Shown: in pieces, positions 58,230-64,000 of the stretch
Layout: the number at the start of each line of letters is the position of its first letter
Numbering within the stretch: the stretch's first letter is position 1
Assembly: GCA_963805315.1 (NCBI GenBank)
Contig: CAWDTQ010000010.1
Location: 154,937-218,936 of the forward strand
DNA from: an uncultured delta proteobacterium
Lineage (GTDB): Bacteria > Desulfobacterota > Binatia > Binatales > Binataceae
Length of the DNA stretch: 64,000 bases
Direction: 5' to 3'
Notes under the pieces: model-generated
The model's database searches: none
Told to the model about the DNA's origin: nothing
What the model saw: only the letters and a program-made list of their open reading frames with translations
Position numbers and translations under genes: made by a program

Positions 58230-58973
58230 TCACTTCGTCGCGACGCCTTGATCCTGCCATAGCTTGATACCGCCGAGCAGCCCCTCCGTGTTGCTTACCA
58301 CCCTGACGTTCGACGGCAGCTTGAAGTTGATCGTCGCCGCGTTGCCGCCACCTATGTATAGCCGGTCGTAGTTGAAGGTCTTTGCCAATTCGTCAATCGC
58401 TTCGCGCAGGTGCTTGTTCCACTTCATCTTGCCCTTTTTGAGGAACGCCCGGTTGCCCAGCTCGTCTTCATAGGTCTTGCCGTTGCGAAACGGATGGTGC
58501 CCCAGCTCGAGATGAATCCGGTGCCCGTCCACGAACAGCACCGATCCGAAACCGGTGCCGAGCGTGATCACCAGCTCGTCGCCGTGGCCGGTGACGCATC
58601 CCAGGCCCTGCACGTCGGCGTCATTGGCGATTCGCACGGGTCGCTTGAGCTTCTTCTTCAGCGCCGCCTCGAGCGGGAAGTTATTCCATCCTTTGCCCAG
58701 ATTCGGCGCCGTGTAGACGACGCCATTCTTGATCACACCCGGAAACCCAACCGACACGCGATCGAACGCGCCCGCCATCTTCGCAAGCTCCTGTATGATC
58801 GAGATCACCTTCTTGGGCGTCGCGTTATGCGGCGTCTTGATCTTCTGCCGCTCCGTGATCATCCTGCCTTTTTCGTCGAGCGCGGCCGCCTTGATTCCGG
58901 TTCCTCCAACGTCCACTGCGAGCGTGGTTGTCGACTTAGTCGCCGTTTGCTTCGCCGGTAGTTCTTCTCTCAT
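58230..58973 (-). CDS. ROK family sugar kinase, polyphosphate glucokinase-like
   Basis: LAVDVGGTGIK, VGFPGV, ANDADVQG, TLGTGFGS, LELGH and YIGGGN motifs. Confidence 0.85.
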   Translation of the reverse strand: MREELPAKQTATKSTTTLAVDVGGTGIKAAALDEKGRMITERQKIKTPHNATPKKVISIIQELAKMAGAFDRVSVGFPGVIKNGVVYTAPNLGKGWNNFPLEAALKKKLKRPVRIANDADVQGLGCVTGHGDELVITLGTGFGSVLFVDGHRIHLELGHHPFRNGKTYEDELGNRAFLKKGKMKWNKHLREAIDELAKTFNYDRLYIGGGNAATINFKLPSNVRVVSNTEGLLGGIKLWQDQGVATK

Positions 58974-59115
58974 CTGCTCACTCTTTGATCGATGCGTGCG
59001 GGAATCTTCGCTCGTGATTGGTTCCTTATATATCAAACAGCGGCTACACGCATTCTTGTGGCATCCGCTCGTCGCGGCGTGATAATTCACGCGTCGCGGG
59101 GATGCCGGGAACGCG

Positions 59116-60429
59116 TTGCAATCGCGAATAGCAAATTACTTCGGGCTGGAGGCTGCCGGCACCACGTTTCGACGCGAGCTGCTCGCCGGCGTCACCACGT
59201 TCGTCACGATGTCCTACATAATCGCGGTCAATCCCGCAATTTTGAAAGTCGCCGGAATCCCCGAAGGACCTTCTATGGTCGCGACCGTGATGACCGCGGT
59301 GCTTGGCACGCTCGTGATGGGCCTGTACGCCAATCGACCGTTCGCGATCGCGCCGTACATGGGCGAAAACGCTTTCGTCGCGTACACGGTCGTGAAGGTG
59401 CTCGGTTACAGTTGGCAAACCGCGATGGGGGCCGTGTTCATTGCGGGCGTGATGTTCACGCTGTTGACAGTCGCGCGCGTGCGGGCGTGGATGGTCGAGG
59501 CGATCCCGTCGGGACTCTCCTACAGCTTCGGCGTCGGCATCGGACTGTTTCTCACTTTCATCGGACTGAATGAATCCGGAATCGTGGCAATGGGGGTGCC
59601 CGGCGCGCCGGTGAGGCTCGGCAACCTCGCAATGCCATCGGTCGAGATCGCGATTCTCAGCTTCATGCTGATCGCGATCCTGATTGTCCGCCGCGTGCCG
59701 GGCGCGATCCTGCTCGGCATCCTGATCTCGGCTGCGCTTGCGTTTATCACCGGCGTCGCAAAGCCACCGACGCAGTGGATCAGCATGCCGCCGAATCCCG
59801 CGCCGATCATGCTGCAGCTCGATCTGCGCGGCGCGCTGAGCGTCGGATTTTTCGGCGTTCTGCTGACGATATTCGTGATGGCGTTGATCGACACGATGGG
59901 TTCGCTGATAGGAGTCTCGGCGCGCGCCGGATTTCTCGACGCCGACGGCACGTTGCCGCAAATAGAGCGCCCGATGCTCGCCGACGCGATCGCGACGATG
60001 TTCGCGGGCCTCGTCGGCACCACCACCGCCGGCGCGTACATCGAGTCCGCCGCCGGCGTCCACGTCGGCGGCCGCACGGGACTGACCGCCGTGGTCGTCT
60101 CCGCGCTGTTCGCGATGTCGCTGTTCTTTGCGCCGCTGGTCGCCGCGATCCCGGCGGCAGCCTACGCGCCGGCGCTGATCATAGTCGGCGCAATGATGGT
60201 CGCGCCGGTCGTCAAAATCGACTTCGACGACTACACCGAACTGATTCCGGCGTTCACGGTGATCGCGTTGATGAGCTTCACCTACAACATCGGCGTCGGC
60301 ATCACCGCCGGCCTGGTGCTCTACCCTCTTTTCAAGCTCGCCGCCGGACGCCATCGCGAGGTCCACGCCGGATTGTGGATTTTATGCATCCTGTCGGTCC
60401 TGTTTTATGTTTTCTTTCCCTACAGATAG
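59116..60429 (+). CDS. NCS2/AzgA family purine permease
   Basis: ELLAGVTTFVTMSYIIAVNPAIL, APYMGENAF and YIESAAGV..GGRTGL motifs. Confidence 0.92.
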   Translation: MQSRIANYFGLEAAGTTFRRELLAGVTTFVTMSYIIAVNPAILKVAGIPEGPSMVATVMTAVLGTLVMGLYANRPFAIAPYMGENAFVAYTVVKVLGYSWQTAMGAVFIAGVMFTLLTVARVRAWMVEAIPSGLSYSFGVGIGLFLTFIGLNESGIVAMGVPGAPVRLGNLAMPSVEIAILSFMLIAILIVRRVPGAILLGILISAALAFITGVAKPPTQWISMPPNPAPIMLQLDLRGALSVGFFGVLLTIFVMALIDTMGSLIGVSARAGFLDADGTLPQIERPMLADAIATMFAGLVGTTTAGAYIESAAGVHVGGRTGLTAVVVSALFAMSLFFAPLVAAIPAAAYAPALIIVGAMMVAPVVKIDFDDYTELIPAFTVIALMSFTYNIGVGITAGLVLYPLFKLAAGRHREVHAGLWILCILSVLFYVFFPYR

Positions 60430-60526
60430 TAGAGACAGTTGATTAGTGGATTAGCATCAGTTGACCTAATGCCCTTTTCGGTCTATTTTCGTCTTACTTA
60501 GCTTGTAGGCATCATTGAGAGGCAAA

Positions 60527-60793
60527 ATGGCTATTTTCACCAAGCAGTTCGCCGACGCCGACGAGTATGAGAAATGGCTGGAGAAGGCCAGTGGGCGGAT
60601 CAACGTACTGAAGATTCAGAATTCACCGACAATCTTTGGTTCGACAGATCAACCTTCAGCCGGACCGGTCATCGTAAGGTACCATACGAGCGATAAGTCG
60701 TTCGTTCCCCCGAAGAGCGCGAGTTACAAAAACGTCGAGGCCGCGATCGTCGCGGCCGGCTTCCTGGCACTGTCCCTTTACCTGATGTCGTGA
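60527..60793 (+). CDS. Small hypothetical protein with C-terminal TM
   Basis: AGAGG RBS, 88 aa. Confidence 0.55.
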   Translation: MAIFTKQFADADEYEKWLEKASGRINVLKIQNSPTIFGSTDQPSAGPVIVRYHTSDKSFVPPKSASYKNVEAAIVAAGFLALSLYLMS

Positions 60794-60819
60794 TGCTCGG
60801 ACGATAGCCGTCCCGACGA

Positions 60820-62860
60820 TCACGCTGTTCTCTCTCGATCTCTCGGCGCCGGCGCAGGACTGAGCGAGCCGGGCACGCGCGCAATATGCTCGGGCGTCAG
60901 GCGCAGCTTGCGCGTCTGCTCGTTGAAGAGTTGCGAATAGACGCCGCCACGCTTCACCAGCTCCGAATGCGCCCCGACCTCGACTATTTTCCCGCGATCG
61001 AGCACCACGATCACGTCCGCATCGACGGCGCTGGCAAGCCGATGCGCAATCAGGAACGAGGTTCGCCCCTTCATCAGGCGGCGCACCGCGTCGTGAATCA
61101 GGTTTTCGACTTCCGAATCGAGTCCCGACGTCGCTTCGTCGAGAATCAGAATCGGCGGGTCTTTCAGAAACACGCGCGCGAGCGCCAGCCGCTGCCGCTG
61201 ACCGGTCGACGGCCGCACCCCGCCCTCGCCTATCATCGTGTCGAGCTTGTCGGGCATCGACTCGACGAAGTCGCGGATGTTGGCCTGCTCGAGCGCGCGC
61301 CAGATGTTCGCGTCGGTGGCGCCGGGCCGTCCATATAGCACGTTCTCGCGGATCGACGCGCTGAACAGGATTGCGTCCTGCGGAACGATCCCGATCGAAT
61401 CGCGCAGCGACTTGAGCGTGACGCTCGAGATGTCGGTGCCGTCGATCAGGATTCGGCCCGAGGCGAGTTCATAGAAGCGCGGAATCAGGCTCGCGAGTGT
61501 GGTCTTGCCCGCGCCCGAGCGTCCAACCAGCGCGACGGTCGTCCCGGCGGGCACGGCAAGGTTCACGTCGTCCAGCGTGATGCGGATCGGTCCGCCGTCG
61601 AGCGGCTTGTAGCCAAAGCGCAGATGCTCGATCTCGACCAGGCCGCTTTTCACTTTCAGCGCCGGCGCACCGGGAAGGTCGCGCACCTCGGGCGTCTCGT
61701 CGAAGAACGCGAAGATCCGCTCGATCGCCGCGAGAGCCGTCGCCACGATTACCGACAACTCCGAGAAGCGCTGCAGCGGCAGGTAGAGCGCGGGGAGAAG
61801 GCCGAAGAACGCGACCACGGTTCCGATGGTCATTTTGCCGTGCATGATCATCAGCGCGCCCGCCCAGATCACAATCAGCGGCGCGCCGCGCGAGATGAAC
61901 TCGGTGAGCATCTGATGTGTGGACGAGAGCTTCACGCTCTCGATCGTCAAGTCGTACATTTCAGTCGTGCGCTTATGGAACCGGCGCGCCTCGTCAGCCT
62001 CGCGCGCGAACGATTTGACCGTCGAAACGCCGGCGACGCGCTCCTGCAACTCGCCGGAAAATTCTTCGACAACTTCCTGCAGGTCGTGGCTGGTCTCCTT
62101 GATTTTTGGCGACAGAATCCTGATCACCGCGACGTAAAATGGAACAATGATCAGCGAAATCCACGCCAGCCGCACGTTCAGAGAGAACAGCAGCCAAATC
62201 ACGAAGCCCAGCGATACGCCATCCATCCAGATGTTGATCATCGCGGAGCCGACGAAGTTCTGCGCCATCGAGATGTCCGAGATAAATCGCGAAACCACGG
62301 CGCCCGAGGTCGTGCGATCGAAAAACGAATGCGACAGGCGCTGCATGTGCTTGTACAACGCGTAACGCAGATCGAAGATCAGACGATGACCCGCCATGCT
62401 CGCCCAGTAGTTGCGGAAGTACGTGGCAATCGCCTGAACGAGAAACAGCGCGAACAACGCCGCGGTCAAGCGCTTCGAGCTTGGCGGCAGAGCCCACGCC
62501 GAGACGAAGCGTCGCGGCAATCGCGATGCACCACCTGTCGATCGTCGAGTTCAGATGCTCGAGATGCGGCTGCGGAACCAGCAGAACGTCGAAGACGTAT
62601 TTGAAGGCGAGCGGAAACGCCAGCGGCAGCGTGAACTTCAGGATGCCCATGACCGAACCGCCTGCCACCAGCCACAGATGCGGCCGCACGTAGCCGAGAA
62701 ACCGCACCAGGGCAGTCCTCGGAACGACACGGTCAAAGATGCGTTCGAAAAAACCGCGGCTACGTTGGTCGGGGTCGTCTGGGGCGCCAGTCGGCTCCTC
62801 AGGAGAACAACCCACCGTCTCCGGCGCGCCGGCAATCACTGCGGAACGACGATTTGGCAT
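60820..62860 (-). CDS. ABC exporter, fused permease/ATPase (Sav1866/MsbA-like), frameshift near 62470
   Basis: TMD followed by GRSGAGKTT, PSTGQRQR signature and ILILDEATS. Confidence 0.9.
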
Positions 62861-62924
62861 GCGCAACAGATTAGCAGTCGCGCGAGAGCCAGAAAATATG
62901 TGTCGGGCGAGAGCGAAACCGCTC

Positions 62925-64000
62925 TTACGCGGCGGCTGAGATGCGATCGATCATCGCTGGAATCTTGCTGCGCTTGGCGTGGCCGGCGAGGCCGGCCGCC
63001 GCGATCCTTTCCATGTACTCACTGACAGCCAGCTTGATGAACTTCGCCGTCGCGACGCGGCCCTTGTCGACCTGCGGCTTTTCGAGTCCGCCGCCGCAGA
63101 TGATGATCATCGGCTCGAGCAGCTCGGGACTGCCGATAAGTCCGATCAGAGCGTGCTCGGTATGTTCGAGATAGCCCTCGATCGCATTTGCTTCGAGCGG
63201 GCGATGCTTCAAATGGTACCGAAGCTGGCCGAGTCCGTAGGCTGCCTGGCGCGCCGCGTCCTGCATCGCGTAGCGCATGATCTTTCGATCAACATTGGTC
63301 GGCGCGAACGCGGCCACTTGGCGATATAGCGTCAGCAGGAATCCGGCGAGCGACAGATTGATCGACACCGAACCCTGCGGAAACTGATCGGCCCACAGCC
63401 ATTCTTTGAGTCCCTGCTCGGCCGTGGCACTGGCGCGCCCGAGTCCGGCGCCGCCGAAGAGCGCACGCTTGCGAAAGACCTCGAACAGCCGCGACGCGTC
63501 GAGCATTTGCGCGCACATCCAGCTTTTCAGCTCCAAAAAATCCTGGTTGATCAGCGCCACCCACTTCGACGGAAAATCCATCGAGACGATCTGGCACTCC
63601 TGCAGAAAGGTGTAGAGCTGCGCGCAGGCCATCTCGAGCTCGGGCGCGAGCGGTTTGGTGTGAAGCTCAGTCCAAGGGATGTCGGTCGCGGGGACCCATC
63701 GCCGCGCCTTTACCTCTTCGTAAAGTTCCGCGACGTTGTCCGACCATACGTCTGACTTGCGATTCACGACGTAGCCCATGTCGGGCAGCTTGCCGACCTT
63801 CTCGCTTCCGCGCGACACCATCGACTGACTGGTGCGCACGTCCTCGGGAATATTGGTGTAGCCGTAGCTGCCGACGTCCAGATCCTGATAGGTGAGTCCG
63901 CGCTTCGGATCGGACGCGCGACCTGCTATGCGCTCAGTCTTGGCCTCGTACCAGTGCAGGCCCAAGTGTCCTTCCATCACCTTCTGCGCGGCCTGGAGGA
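62925..64000 (-). CDS. Ferritin-like (di-iron fold) protein, 5' end outside window
   Basis: Helical protein with LYEEVKARRW.P..DIPW; E/D-x-x-R patterns in place of canonical ExxH. Confidence 0.55.
   Translation of the reverse strand, partial: LQAAQKVMEGHLGLHWYEAKTERIAGRASDPKRGLTYQDLDVGSYGYTNIPEDVRTSQSMVSRGSEKVGKLPDMGYVVNRKSDVWSDNVAELYEEVKARRWVPATDIPWTELHTKPLAPELEMACAQLYTFLQECQIVSMDFPSKWVALINQDFLELKSWMCAQMLDASRLFEVFRKRALFGGAGLGRASATAEQGLKEWLWADQFPQGSVSINLSLAGFLLTLYRQVAAFAPTNVDRKIMRYAMQDAARQAAYGLGQLRYHLKHRPLEANAIEGYLEHTEHALIGLIGSPELLEPMIIICGGGLEKPQVDKGRVATAKFIKLAVSEYMERIAAAGLAGHAKRSKIPAMIDRISAAA

Noticed and set aside
58974-59115. Purine riboswitch ahead of the NCS2 permease
   Set aside because: The spacer is short and I could not recognise the aptamer consensus.

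Overview
GC-rich bacterial DNA, 64 kb. The gene content (acyl-CoA catabolic genes, zinc-ribbon/cyclase/STAND proteins, Thr-Ala-stalked FG-GAP protein, ferritin-like genes) suggests a Candidatus Binatota-like soil bacterium; this is inference only. Many genes are split by single-base indels, most likely uncorrected long-read errors, so I merged the pieces into single calls. Left to right: thiolase/acyl-CoA ligase/acyl-CoA dehydrogenase operon with a palindromic operator; Tat-exported BBE-like flavoprotein; ThDP enzyme; Crp-CsbD-DUF2950 stress cluster; nitroreductase, hydrolase, hemerythrin and NnrS; a large Calx-beta/14x FG-GAP surface protein; a three-gene phosphorelay; an AraC regulator flanked by two paralogous small unknown genes; MarC-glutamate decarboxylase; a STAND ATPase; AKR, RND and HIBADH-like genes; tRNA-Ser(UGA) surrounded by gene relics; a P3A H+-ATPase; a FecR/OmpA/CHASE2-PP2C/MBL/STAS/anti-sigma partner-switching locus; a block that truncates a GMC oxidoreductase and encodes an Lcp/MpaB-like oxygenase, a cyclase-STAND-TPR protein, a DyP partner, a DyP peroxidase and a scrambled ferritin-like gene; then a ROK/polyphosphate glucokinase, NCS2 permease, ABC exporter and a ferritin-like gene. 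The best candidates for undescribed systems are the trans-envelope partner-switching locus (44.3-49.4 kb), the heme-oxidase/STAND-cyclase block (49.6-58.2 kb) and the AraC plus twin small protein module (24.0-25.7 kb). All family assignments come from recognising motifs by eye; no database searches were run.
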